Assembly: GCA_028710695.1 (NCBI GenBank)
Contig: JAQTTP010000001.1
Coordinates: forward strand, 90,001-122,000
Length of the DNA stretch: 32,000 nt
DNA from: Candidatus Iainarchaeum sp.
GTDB taxonomy: Archaea > Iainarchaeota > Iainarchaeia > Iainarchaeales > 0-14-0-20-30-16
Reading direction: 5' to 3'
In this document: positions 16,378 to 25,588 of the stretch, one piece after another
Position numbering within the stretch: the stretch's first letter is position 1
Layout of the letters: each line of letters starts with the position of its first letter
Notes under the pieces: generated by a model
Seen by the model: the letters and a program-made list of their open reading frames with translations, nothing else
Told to the model about the DNA's origin: nothing
The model's database searches: none
Position numbers and translations under genes: made by a program

Positions 16378-16415
16378 AAAAAAAGAAAAAAAAGAAATCA
16401 AGACCTTTGGTCCTG
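16378..16415 (-). terminator. stem-loop plus T-rich tract terminator for the minus-strand membrane-protein gene
   Basis: On the minus strand: CAGGACC AAA GGTCTTG (imperfect 7-bp stem, 16399-16415), followed by ATTTCTTTTTTTTCTTTTTTT. It lies immediately after the stop at 16419-16421. Confidence 0.5.
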
Positions 16416-16418
16416 ACT

Positions 16419-16823
16419 TTATATGCTAAACTTGTTTCCGAACTTTCCAAATATTGGAAGTTCTTTCTGCTTATCTGTGGCAGCAGTAATTATTCCAATT
16501 ATACAAAAGATAAGTGGAACGTAGTACAATATGCTTAATATTGTAAACAATACTAACCATGCGCCCGGAATTAAAATGAATATACTTCCCAAGATTGCCA
16601 TAATAATTCCTAATATTATGCTATATATTATTGAGGCAATAAGCAGAACGATTCCTTGTTTAACATGGAACTTTACATACTCATCCTTTTTTGCTTCTTC
16701 GTCAACAAAATACCAGATAATACCAATTAGTATGTATGCAAGTACTGATATTGCGATTCTGTTTTCGAAAGTTTTAGTTTCAGTTTTTTTAACTTCTTTT
16801 GCTTTTACTATTTTTTCAGCCAT
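16419..16823 (-). CDS. small membrane protein (DUF4870-like; family assignment tentative)
   Basis: 134 aa with 3-4 TM. The segment IIWYFVDEEAKKDEYVKFHVKQGIVLLI resembles the ..F-H-x-K-Q.. signature I associate with DUF4870-type proteins. Confidence 0.6.
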   Translation of the reverse strand: MAEKIVKAKEVKKTETKTFENRIAISVLAYILIGIIWYFVDEEAKKDEYVKFHVKQGIVLLIASIIYSIILGIIMAILGSIFILIPGAWLVLFTILSILYYVPLIFCIIGIITAATDKQKELPIFGKFGNKFSI

Positions 16824-16951
16824 GACATGACCCCCGTTTCAATAGAATAGTTATATCTAATATAAACTATAACATTTATATATTAATTCAAGTTATTTAT
16901 AATGTTTGTTATGTTTACAGTCTGGTCTTATTTATATCTCGGGTGAATGGC

Positions 16952-18565
16952 ATGGTGTTTGTAGATAATCTTTTCCAAAAGGATTCTAAAGAAAATAAAG
17001 AAGAAAAAGAAGCGGCGCAAGAAAAAGAAGAAACAAAAGAACGAACTGCGCGACCGACTAGTACTAGCCCATCCACTACAGACGCCCTTATACCTACTGA
17101 ACTAAGTTTTGAAGATTTAGAAAACGCAAACAAAAAAATGATTGCTTCTTATGGTGAAGTGAAAATATACAAAGTTGAAGGTCACCCAATATTACACTAT
17201 GAAGTGCCAACTCCTAAAGCATCAAGTGGAGAACAGCTAGTAATCAACACAATAAAAGAAGCGGCAACAAGAATCATTAACGTTGCGCCTTACAAAATAA
17301 GAGATGAACAACAGAGAAGAAATGTATACTTCCAAAAAGTAATGGAAATCATCTCCTCGTCCCCAGAATTAAAAATCCCTGAAGGAAAGCAAAAGTTTTA
17401 TGCCAATGCAGTTGTAACTGAGATGGTTGGATTTGGAATTATTGACTCTTTGTTAAAAGATGACGGATTAGAAGAGATAATGATAATTGGTCCAAAGAAG
17501 CCAGTTTATGTTTTCCACAGAGAATACGAAATAATGACAACAAACATCGTATTTTATGAAGATAAAGATATAATTGATTTGATCTCCAGAATTGCGAGAT
17601 ACACAGGAAGAAGAATAGATTATTCACAACCATTATTAGATGCAAGATTAAGTGATGGATCAAGAATAAATGCAACTATTCCACCAGTTTCTGTTGCGGG
17701 TTCAACATTGACGATAAGAAAGTTTAGAAAAGAGCCTTATACTATAATAGATTTGATAAACAACGGCACAATAGATCTACAAACTGCCGCATTCTTGTGG
17801 CTTTGTGTTGATGGTATGGATGTAAAGCCAGCAAACATTTTAATAGCGGGAGGAACAGGATCAGGAAAAACAACAACCCTGAATGTTCTCTCAAGTTTTA
17901 TTCCATCAAGAGAAAGAATAATTACTATTGAAGACACCGCAGAATTAAACTTGCCTTTAACTCATTGGATAAGATTAGAAGCCCGACCACCCGGAATTGA
18001 AGGTACAGGAGAAATAACTTTAGATATTTTAACAAAAAATGCATTGAGAATGCGACCTGACAGAGTAATTGTTGGTGAAGTAAGGCATAGCGAAGCTTTG
18101 GCTTTATTTACTGCAATGAACACGGGTCACGATGGTTGTATGGGTACAGTACACGCGAACTCTGCCCAAGAAACAATTGTAAGAGTTACTTCTCCACCAA
18201 TGGATGTTCCACAAGTTATGCTTTCTGGTTTAGATATGATTCTTGTTCAACAAAGAATACACGATAAAAGAAAAGGAACAATAAGAAGAATCACCGAGAT
18301 TGCAGAAGTAAGTGGAGTGTTAGAAAGAAATACTCAAACACAAAAAATTTATGAATGGGATCCGAAAGATGACAAATTAGTTGATACTTCAGTTCCATCA
18401 AGATATTTGAAAAAAGTTGCAACATTTTCAGGAAAAACAATGGCACAAGTTACAAAGGAAATTTCAACAAGAGCACAATTCTTGAAAAGATTATTGGATA
18501 AAAACATAAAATCTCAGATAGAATTATCGCAAGAGATACAAAAATATTATGATTTAGAAGAATAA
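16952..18565 (+). CDS. type IV pilus/archaellum-family assembly ATPase (FlaI/TadA/VirB11-like, T2SSE family)
   Basis: The track start at 16943 is GTG; ATG at 16952. Walker A GGTGSGKTT, Asp box IITIEDTAEL, Walker B RPDRVIVGEVR, His box TGHDGCMGTVHANS. The N-terminal ~55 aa are low-complexity (KENKEEKEAAQEKEETKERTARPTSTSPSTT). Confidence 0.92.
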   Translation: MVFVDNLFQKDSKENKEEKEAAQEKEETKERTARPTSTSPSTTDALIPTELSFEDLENANKKMIASYGEVKIYKVEGHPILHYEVPTPKASSGEQLVINTIKEAATRIINVAPYKIRDEQQRRNVYFQKVMEIISSSPELKIPEGKQKFYANAVVTEMVGFGIIDSLLKDDGLEEIMIIGPKKPVYVFHREYEIMTTNIVFYEDKDIIDLISRIARYTGRRIDYSQPLLDARLSDGSRINATIPPVSVAGSTLTIRKFRKEPYTIIDLINNGTIDLQTAAFLWLCVDGMDVKPANILIAGGTGSGKTTTLNVLSSFIPSRERIITIEDTAELNLPLTHWIRLEARPPGIEGTGEITLDILTKNALRMRPDRVIVGEVRHSEALALFTAMNTGHDGCMGTVHANSAQETIVRVTSPPMDVPQVMLSGLDMILVQQRIHDKRKGTIRRITEIAEVSGVLERNTQTQKIYEWDPKDDKLVDTSVPSRYLKKVATFSGKTMAQVTKEISTRAQFLKRLLDKNIKSQIELSQEIQKYYDLEE

Positions 18566-18659
18566 TGGCTCAAAAATGATTTGTGATATTTATGAGCAAG
18601 TTAATGATTTGTTGCAAAGCGGCAAAAATCAAAACAGGCTCACAAAAATGTGATTTATT

Positions 18660-19766
18660 ATGAGTTTTGATCTTAACGACAAGATGCAGGAGAAGGTAGA
18701 CCTAAAACAAGTGGAGTCTATTGTCGAAAATATCAAACGTAAGTATGAAGAAAAAGGCTTGTCAAATGATTTAGAATCATTGCGTCTGCAAGAATTAAGG
18801 TCAATAATTTCAGAAGGAAAAAGATCACAAATTGAAGTTCAAAAACCAGAAGAATTATCTGCAGATTACAACAAAGGTGTAAAGCTGATTGGGAAAATTT
18901 ATAACTCATTTTCATCATTCTTTTCATTATTTTCAAAAAGAATATTATCTATTTTGCCAGGTAGAAATGAATTAAGCATGGACTTAGACAGTGCAAACAT
19001 AAATTACAGCACAGCACAATATCTTGCAATAACTTCTGTTATATCATTAATATTAACAATAATAATTACTGCGGTAGCTGCAGCTTTGTTTGCAGTAATA
19101 GAAATTCCACAATACTATTTAGTATTAGTCTTTTTTGTGGCCATGTTTTTAACTGCGGGAATAGTTCTGAAATATCCTTCCATTGTTGCAGCCGATCGTG
19201 CAAAAAAAATAGATGCAGAACTTCCATTTGCATTGCGACACATGGCAACTGAGCTTCGTGCAGGAATAGGTTTGTATAGAGTTTTACAAACGATCGCTAT
19301 TGGAGAATATGGCTATTTATCAGAAGAAATGGCGCGAGTTATAAATGAAGTTGAACAAGGTGCAGATACAAAAGATGCATTAAAAAATTTAGCATATAGA
19401 ACAAGATCTTTTTCATTAAGAAATACTTTAAACCATATTTTGCGTGCATTAAAATCTGGTGGAAACCTTTCTGAAGTTTTGAATAATACAGCAAATGATG
19501 TTTCATTTGAAATCAGATTGAACTTGGAATCATTTTCAGGAAAAATGAATTTCATTGGAGTAATTTATATTTTTATTGGAATTGTAATCCCTGTAATGTT
19601 GGCAATTTTAGGAACAATTAGAAATATTCCTTTGGGCGGCGGCGTATCTTTATTTGCCTCTTTGCCATTGACGCCAACAATGATAATTTTATTGTATGTT
19701 GTAATTCTTCCAATTTGTTTGATTGGATTGGTAATGTATATTAGAAAAATTAGGCCTACATATTAA
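18660..19766 (+). CDS. pilus platform membrane protein, single T2SSF domain (TadB/FlaJ-like)
   Basis: 368 aa. Cytoplasmic N-terminal region, TMs, then the T2SSF-type segment AELPFALRHMATELRAGIGLYRVLQTIA...ALKNLA, then C-terminal TMs. Confidence 0.8.
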   Translation: MSFDLNDKMQEKVDLKQVESIVENIKRKYEEKGLSNDLESLRLQELRSIISEGKRSQIEVQKPEELSADYNKGVKLIGKIYNSFSSFFSLFSKRILSILPGRNELSMDLDSANINYSTAQYLAITSVISLILTIIITAVAAALFAVIEIPQYYLVLVFFVAMFLTAGIVLKYPSIVAADRAKKIDAELPFALRHMATELRAGIGLYRVLQTIAIGEYGYLSEEMARVINEVEQGADTKDALKNLAYRTRSFSLRNTLNHILRALKSGGNLSEVLNNTANDVSFEIRLNLESFSGKMNFIGVIYIFIGIVIPVMLAILGTIRNIPLGGGVSLFASLPLTPTMIILLYVVILPICLIGLVMYIRKIRPTY

Positions 19767-19790
19767 GGTTAGTCCACAAATGGTGTTGCT

Positions 19791-20696
19791 ATGAGTAATT
19801 TGATGTTGAAGTACAAGAAAATATTGGAGAGAAACAAAATAAAACTTCATCCTCTTGTGTGGATTGCCATTGCAGTATTAATTGGTATTGTTGGAGCAGT
19901 TTTAATTGCCTTGCTTGTTGGAAATTATGTTTTTGCTGCTGTGACTTTGATTGCCATTGCAGATATAATAATTGGTCTGCCTATTTATGTTGAAAACAAA
20001 AGAACCGCCCAGATTGAAAAGTTTTTTCCCTCTGCATTAAGAGAAATGAGCGATGTTTTGAAGAGCGGCGGAACTTACGAATATGCTTTAAGAGAAGTGT
20101 CAATGATCGATTACGGCCCATTGACTAAAGAGCTACAAAAAGTATTAAGGCGATTAGAAGATGGTGCAAACTTTGAAGATGCCTTGGCGTCTATAAACGA
20201 AAATGTGGATTCTTCATTGGTAAGAAAAGTTATTACAATTATTTTGGACTCTGTTAGAGCTGGAGCGGGTTTAGCAGATGTTTTAGATGAGATTGCAGAA
20301 GATGCAAGAAACCTGTATAAATTACAGCAAGAAAGAAGAGCAAAGACTACAATGCAAGTTTTATTTATTGCTGCGGCCGGATCGGTAATTGCGCCAGCAA
20401 TATTTGGGTTAGTAAATACTTTAAGTTCGTTTTTAGTGGAGGTCTCTACAAGCACAGGGATTGTGGAATCAGTTAAAGAGATCGCTGCTGCTGTTGCCGC
20501 CGGAGACATAATTTATAATGTATTATTATTCTACTTATTTTTTGAATCCTTAATTTCAAGTGTAATAATTGCTTATATGAGGGATAGAACCGCATCAAAA
20601 GCCTTGCTTTACTTCCCAATATTCGTATTTGTTGGATTCATAATATTCTTCCTAGCAAAGTATGCCACAAAAGTAATGCTTGCAGGTATGATTTAA
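19791..20696 (+). CDS. pilus platform membrane protein, single T2SSF domain (TadC/FlaJ-like)
   Basis: 301 aa. FFPSALREMSDVLKSGGTYEYALREVS...ALASIN flanked by TM segments. Starts 24 nt after the preceding platform gene. Confidence 0.78.
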   Translation: MSNLMLKYKKILERNKIKLHPLVWIAIAVLIGIVGAVLIALLVGNYVFAAVTLIAIADIIIGLPIYVENKRTAQIEKFFPSALREMSDVLKSGGTYEYALREVSMIDYGPLTKELQKVLRRLEDGANFEDALASINENVDSSLVRKVITIILDSVRAGAGLADVLDEIAEDARNLYKLQQERRAKTTMQVLFIAAAGSVIAPAIFGLVNTLSSFLVEVSTSTGIVESVKEIAAAVAAGDIIYNVLLFYLFFESLISSVIIAYMRDRTASKALLYFPIFVFVGFIIFFLAKYATKVMLAGMI

Positions 20697-20757
20697 ACAA
20701 ACTTGGATATGTAGAACCGCAAAAGAAATATATATTGTCTATATCCAATATAATTAC

Positions 20758-22110
20758 ATGCCTTCGATTGTGAAGAACTGGCCTTTATATTTTAAAGACA
20801 TGCTAATTGTAAAAAATACCTCGCACAATGTTGGTGTTGCCACTCTTTGGTCTAAGCCCGAATTTTTTGAGAAATTAAATTGTAATACTATCGGAACCTG
20901 CTATTCTATTGAAGGGATAAAATATATCTTGAGAAACCTTCTTGGAAATACAAATATTCGATATTTAGTTTTATGTGGTACTGATTTATCAAAAACCGGA
21001 GAGTCGCTAAAAGAAATATTTGCGGGAAAATACAATATAGTAATATCTGATTTTTCTTTTGAAGATCTAGAAAGAATTACAACAAATGTTGAGCTTGTGG
21101 ATATGATTGAGAATATAAATCCTCAGGAAGTGCAAGAAAAAATAAATTCTCTTTCTGTAAAACAAGCATATGGTGAAGCAAAAGAGATAATAGTAAAAGA
21201 AAAAACCCATTCTAAAAAACCAAGTGAAAAGACAGGATTTATAATACGTGAAAAAAACATTGCTGATGCCTGGCTAAGTGCCTTGAAATTAATAAAAGAA
21301 TATGGTATTGAGAAAAAAACAGCATACGGAATAGGTTCTTTGGAAATAATGAATTTAGTTACTGTTACAAATGAAATGGAAGAAAGGCACACACCTAAAT
21401 TTTTGGGAGTAACAAAAAAGCAAATAAAAGATTATGAAGACCAAATTTGTACCGGAAAACAAATAAAATCTGTAGAATACACTTATGGCCAGGGACTTTG
21501 TAAGTATTTCATGTATGACCAAATAAAATGGGCAATAAATCAGTTGAAAACTGATAAAGATAGAAGACGAATTTTTTTAACTCTTTGGGATCCACATACT
21601 GACAAAGATTCTTCTTTGCCGCCTTGTTTGGACTCAATACAATTTTTAGTACAAAATAATGTTCTTTATATGACTGCTTATTTTAGATCTCATGATATTT
21701 TTGGTGCCTATCCCTTGAATATATTTGGACTTAGAAAAATGCAAGAAATAGTTGCAAAAGAAGCAGGTTTAGATGTTGGAGAACTAACTACAATAAGCTG
21801 TTCTGCGCATATGTATTATAATGATCTTCCGGCAGTAGAAGAAATTTTGAAATGGAATTATGATTTAAAATGTATTCCTGATCCACGAGGATATTTTTTC
21901 ATAGAAGTAAGAGATAAAATTTACGCAAAATATTTGAATAATAGTGGGATTCCTGTAAAAACATATTCTGGTGAAACTGCAAAGGAAGTATACAACCAAA
22001 TTCTATTAGATTTTGCGGTATCTCAATTATCACACGCCTTTTATTTGGGCGCAGAATTATCATCTGCAGAAGATGCATTAAAATCAGGAAAGAAGTTTGT
22101 TCAAAGGTAA
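20758..22110 (+). CDS. thyA: thymidylate synthase (ThyA type) with MtrA-like N-terminal and DUF4346-like C-terminal domains
   Basis: The ThyA core is DRRRIFLTLWDPHTD...LPPC(290)LDSIQFLV...YFRSHDIFGAYPLNIFG...SCSAHMYYND (compare E. coli RRIIVSAWN..APCHAFFQF..YQRSCDVFLGLPFNI..DTHLYSN). At 450 aa it is about twice the length of a bare ThyA core. Confidence 0.85.
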   Translation: MPSIVKNWPLYFKDMLIVKNTSHNVGVATLWSKPEFFEKLNCNTIGTCYSIEGIKYILRNLLGNTNIRYLVLCGTDLSKTGESLKEIFAGKYNIVISDFSFEDLERITTNVELVDMIENINPQEVQEKINSLSVKQAYGEAKEIIVKEKTHSKKPSEKTGFIIREKNIADAWLSALKLIKEYGIEKKTAYGIGSLEIMNLVTVTNEMEERHTPKFLGVTKKQIKDYEDQICTGKQIKSVEYTYGQGLCKYFMYDQIKWAINQLKTDKDRRRIFLTLWDPHTDKDSSLPPCLDSIQFLVQNNVLYMTAYFRSHDIFGAYPLNIFGLRKMQEIVAKEAGLDVGELTTISCSAHMYYNDLPAVEEILKWNYDLKCIPDPRGYFFIEVRDKIYAKYLNNSGIPVKTYSGETAKEVYNQILLDFAVSQLSHAFYLGAELSSAEDALKSGKKFVQR

Positions 22111-22125
22111 CATAACCTTTATATA
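22111..22125 (+). promoter_or_regulatory. BRE/TATA-like element CATAACCTTTATATA
   Basis: An AT-rich TATA-like box lies 44 nt upstream of the ATG at 22169. The identical 15-mer recurs at 26624-26638, upstream of psmB. Confidence 0.35.
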
Positions 22126-22168
22126 TTTACACAGTTATATATAAATAGAAAGTTTTTGTGTGATTGAT

Positions 22169-23059
22169 ATGGATAGATTGCCTAGGGATAAAAAGTCAAG
22201 AGAAAACTTAGAAAAAGTTAGAAACTTAAGTAACAAATTTTTAAATGAATTTAATGTGTTAGAAAAAGAAGAAAAAAAGGAAACAAAAGAAAATTCTAAT
22301 AAACTTAAAAAAGAACTAAGAAAATTAAACAAAAGAATATCTGAAAAGAATAAAAAGCATATGAAATCTGTAGAAACTGGAAAGAAAGAGGTAAGCAAAA
22401 CAAAAAAGCTTTTGACAAAAAACGAGAAAAGATTAAAAGCAAAAAATAAGAAAATGTATATTGTTGCGGCAAAGAAAAAGGAAGCAGAAAAAACATTGCA
22501 CGAAACAAAGCTTACAATAAAAGATCTTGAACAATTATTAAAGCAAAAAGATGATACAATACATCATTTGAAGCACAAGTTGGAATATGACTCACACATA
22601 GAAACAACTCATCTGAAAGAAAGGGTTACAAATTTAGAACAAAAGCTTAAAGAGCACCAATTAGAGCTTGTAAAAAAAGATACAGTAATAGAACTATTAG
22701 AAAAACCAGAATTTGATTATTCTCAGTTAGTAAACTTTGATATCAGAAATATAAAAACAAGGCATGTAGGATATCCGGAAGTTGCTCAGCTTGAAGAGAT
22801 AACTTTTTCATTACAAAACATCATGGCAGAGCCAATAAAAGATTTGGTTTGTGATGTTGTTGTTGAGAATCCAAACAGAAGATTTGAAATGGACAACTTG
22901 CAAGTAAAAAATAAACTTAATGCTAAAGAAAAAATAATAAAAACAATACACCTTTACAAACATTTGAAAACCCGGGGTTTGTTTAAGGTAACAGTTTGGA
23001 TAAAACAAAAAGGTCAAAAGGTTGCGTTAGTTGAACAAAGCAAAACAATTAACATATAA
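22169..23059 (+). CDS. Lys-rich coiled-coil protein with a C-terminal beta-rich domain, unknown function
   Basis: The track start at 22160 is GTG; ATG at 22169. About 180 aa of K/E-rich heptad-like sequence (KKELRKLNKRISEKNKK...LEQKLKEHQLELVKK), then ~110 aa of non-repetitive sequence. Confidence 0.6.
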   Translation: MDRLPRDKKSRENLEKVRNLSNKFLNEFNVLEKEEKKETKENSNKLKKELRKLNKRISEKNKKHMKSVETGKKEVSKTKKLLTKNEKRLKAKNKKMYIVAAKKKEAEKTLHETKLTIKDLEQLLKQKDDTIHHLKHKLEYDSHIETTHLKERVTNLEQKLKEHQLELVKKDTVIELLEKPEFDYSQLVNFDIRNIKTRHVGYPEVAQLEEITFSLQNIMAEPIKDLVCDVVVENPNRRFEMDNLQVKNKLNAKEKIIKTIHLYKHLKTRGLFKVTVWIKQKGQKVALVEQSKTINI

Positions 23060-23082
23060 ACCTTTTTTTCTTATTCTTTTTT

Positions 23083-23673
23083 ATGGGTTACATAAAACAC
23101 GAGATATTACATATTTTTATTGCTTGGATAGTAATCAGTCTTGCTTTTGCGTGGCAAGGTTTTTCAAATTTTTCTGCATTTTACCTGAATCTCCCAATTG
23201 TATTATTGGCGGCAGGAACAGGATTTATAGTTCACGAGTTAAGCCACAAATTTGTTGCAATTCATTATGATGCAAAAGCGAGATTTGTTATGTGGCCTTA
23301 TGGGCTTGTATTTGCTGTGGCTTTGGCATTAATATCTGGCGGTGGGTTTGTATTTGCAGCACCTGGTGCAGTATATATTTGGGGTAAAGATTTATCTAGA
23401 AAAGAGAGCGGGATAATTTCTGTTGCTGGCCCGGTTTCAAATTTGGTTATTGCAATTCTTGTATTTGTTCTTAGTCTTATAATATTCCAATTTTATATAA
23501 GTCAATTTTTAGTTACTCTTTTTTATACAATTATAAGCGTTAACTTGTTTTTGGGGTTATTCAACTTATTGCCAATTCCGCCTTTGGATGGTTACAAAGT
23601 GTTAGTATGGAATAAGCCAGTTTGGGCGGTGTTGTTAGTAATATTCATTGCGGCCTTAATCTACTTTTGGTAA
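23083..23673 (+). CDS. site-2 protease family (M50) intramembrane metalloprotease
   Basis: 196-aa polytopic protein with HELSHKF (HExxH inside a TM) and NLLPIPPLDG (NxxPxxxLDG motif). Confidence 0.85.
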   Translation: MGYIKHEILHIFIAWIVISLAFAWQGFSNFSAFYLNLPIVLLAAGTGFIVHELSHKFVAIHYDAKARFVMWPYGLVFAVALALISGGGFVFAAPGAVYIWGKDLSRKESGIISVAGPVSNLVIAILVFVLSLIIFQFYISQFLVTLFYTIISVNLFLGLFNLLPIPPLDGYKVLVWNKPVWAVLLVIFIAALIYFW

Positions 23674-23721
23674 TCATCGTAGAGAGATGGGTATTTATAC
23701 CTATTTTCTCTTATATTATGT

Positions 23722-25518
23722 ATGCTGTTTTTGGATTTATCTAAAATGCTAGAAGAAATAGAAAAAGAGCCATCTAGATTGAAAATGATGACTTTGGCAT
23801 CACAAATTCTTGACAAAACAAATGAAAAAGAAGTAGATGTATTAATTTATCTTTTATTAGGTCAGTTTGGCGCAACTTATAAAGAAATAGACTTTGGCAT
23901 TGCTGAAAAAACAATTATTTCTGCGCTTTCAAAAGCAACAGGAATGGATAAAGAAAAAATAGAAAAAGAATTAAGAAAATTAGGTGACATGGGGTTAGTT
24001 GGAGAGCAAATAATTTCCGGCAAAGTCCAAAGAAGTTTATTTTCAAAAAAACTAATTGTTGCAGAAGTTTATTCTTCTTTTGAAAAGCTTGCAAAGATGG
24101 CCGGAAAAGGGTCTATAGATGATAAAACAAATATTTTAGTTCAGATGATAAATAATGCAAGTCCAATAGAAGCAAAATATATTATTCGAATTGCACAAAA
24201 GAATATGCGTTTAGGATTAGCAAATTCAACAATCATGGATTCCTTATCTTTGAAATTCTTAAAAGATTACAAAGAAAATAATATTGAAGAATTTGAAGAC
24301 CTAAAAAAAGATTATGGCGAAGATGTTGAAAGATATTTGCGTTATAAGTTTAAAGAAAAAATAGAATCTAAATATAATATTTATCCCGATCTTGGAAGCA
24401 TAGCTAAAAAACTTTTTGAAAAAGGATCAAATGGTTTAAGAGACATTGGAATTACTCCTTTTGTTCCAGTTATGCCTGCATTAGCAGAGCGCCTTCCATC
24501 AATTGGAAAGATAATAGAAAAATTAGGGAAATCTATTGTTGAGCCAAAGTTCGATGGGTTTAGGTTGCAATGTCATTATGATGGCAAAAATGTGAAATTG
24601 TTTACTAGAAACTTAGAAGATATGAGTGAGATTTTTCCAGATGCTGTAGAAACAATAAAAAAATGCGTAAAAAAGTATCCAATAATTTTTGAGTGTGAAG
24701 CAATAGGTTATAATGAAAAAGAAGACAAATATTATCCGTTCCAAGTTACAATGAAAAGAAAAAGAAAGTATGACATTTCAGGGGTCTCTAAACAAATCCC
24801 TTTGCGTTTGGTTGTTTTTGATATTATGTATTTGAAAGGCGGGCTAATAGACAAACCACTTTTAGAAAGAAAAAAAATCTTGGAAAGTGCAATGTCTCCA
24901 AATAAAAATCTAATTTTCCCTGAAAATATATACTCTGATGATGTTCCAAGAATCCAAAAGTTTTTTGAAAGGGTTCTGGGCGAAGGTAATGAAGGAATTA
25001 TGCTAAAAGATCCAAATTCTGTTTATACTGCGGGCGCAAGAAAGTTTGCCTGGGTGAAATATAAGCAATCTTATAGTTCTAAAGCTAAAGATACTCTTGA
25101 TTTATTAGTTATGGGCTATTTTTCAGGTAAAGGCCAGAGATCAAAGTTTGGAATTGGTGCTTTATTAGTTGGAAGTTATAATGAAAAAGAAAACAGATAT
25201 GAGTCAATAGCTAAACTTGGTTCTGGGCTTACAGAAGAAAATCTTGAGAATTTACAAAAAGCACTTACTGAAATAAAAGAAAAAGAGCAGCCAAAAGAGT
25301 ATGTTTCTGGGATAAACCCTCATGTCTGGGTTAGACCAAAATATGTTGTAGAGGTGCTATATGATGAAATTACAAAGAGCCCAACACATATGTGTGCTAA
25401 AGAGGAAATTGGCGGTTTGGCTCTAAGATTCCCGAGATTAATAAAGATAAGATCTGACAAAAATAAGGGGCAAGTTAGCACAACAAAAGAGGTGCTAGGG
25501 ATGTTCAAATTACAGTAA
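23722..25518 (+). CDS. lig: ATP-dependent DNA ligase
   Basis: 598 aa. Motif I EPKFDGFRLQ (KxDGxR), FECEAIGY, EGIMLK, WVKYK. N-terminal DNA-binding domain and C-terminal OB region are colinear with archaeal Lig1-type ligases. Confidence 0.95.
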   Translation: MLFLDLSKMLEEIEKEPSRLKMMTLASQILDKTNEKEVDVLIYLLLGQFGATYKEIDFGIAEKTIISALSKATGMDKEKIEKELRKLGDMGLVGEQIISGKVQRSLFSKKLIVAEVYSSFEKLAKMAGKGSIDDKTNILVQMINNASPIEAKYIIRIAQKNMRLGLANSTIMDSLSLKFLKDYKENNIEEFEDLKKDYGEDVERYLRYKFKEKIESKYNIYPDLGSIAKKLFEKGSNGLRDIGITPFVPVMPALAERLPSIGKIIEKLGKSIVEPKFDGFRLQCHYDGKNVKLFTRNLEDMSEIFPDAVETIKKCVKKYPIIFECEAIGYNEKEDKYYPFQVTMKRKRKYDISGVSKQIPLRLVVFDIMYLKGGLIDKPLLERKKILESAMSPNKNLIFPENIYSDDVPRIQKFFERVLGEGNEGIMLKDPNSVYTAGARKFAWVKYKQSYSSKAKDTLDLLVMGYFSGKGQRSKFGIGALLVGSYNEKENRYESIAKLGSGLTEENLENLQKALTEIKEKEQPKEYVSGINPHVWVRPKYVVEVLYDEITKSPTHMCAKEEIGGLALRFPRLIKIRSDKNKGQVSTTKEVLGMFKLQ

Positions 25519-25588
25519 CAACCCGCAATAATCTTTAAAAATAGATACAATATAAATATATAAAATAAAACAAAATCGGAAGATTACT

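Noticed and set aside
18576-18653. 25-aa micro-ORF (MICDIYEQVNDLLQSGKNQNRLTKM) between the ATPase and the first platform gene
   Set aside because: It has no SD sequence, no hydrophobic or otherwise diagnostic feature, and is easily explained by chance in a 94-nt spacer. I kept it only as a note.
20111-20509. 132-aa minus-strand ORF inside the second platform gene
   Set aside because: It is antisense to a T2SSF-domain CDS and has an Ala/Ser/Thr-rich product with no signal or start context.
23031-23270. 79-aa + strand ORF overlapping the start of the S2P protease gene
   Set aside because: It is an alternative frame of the intergenic/5' region. The 23083 frame carries the HExxH and NxxPxxxLDG motifs.
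11085-25518. Inteins in cdc48, rfcS or DNA ligase
   Set aside because: All three have canonical lengths and uninterrupted motif spacing, with no Cys/Ser-...-HN splice-junction insertion visible.
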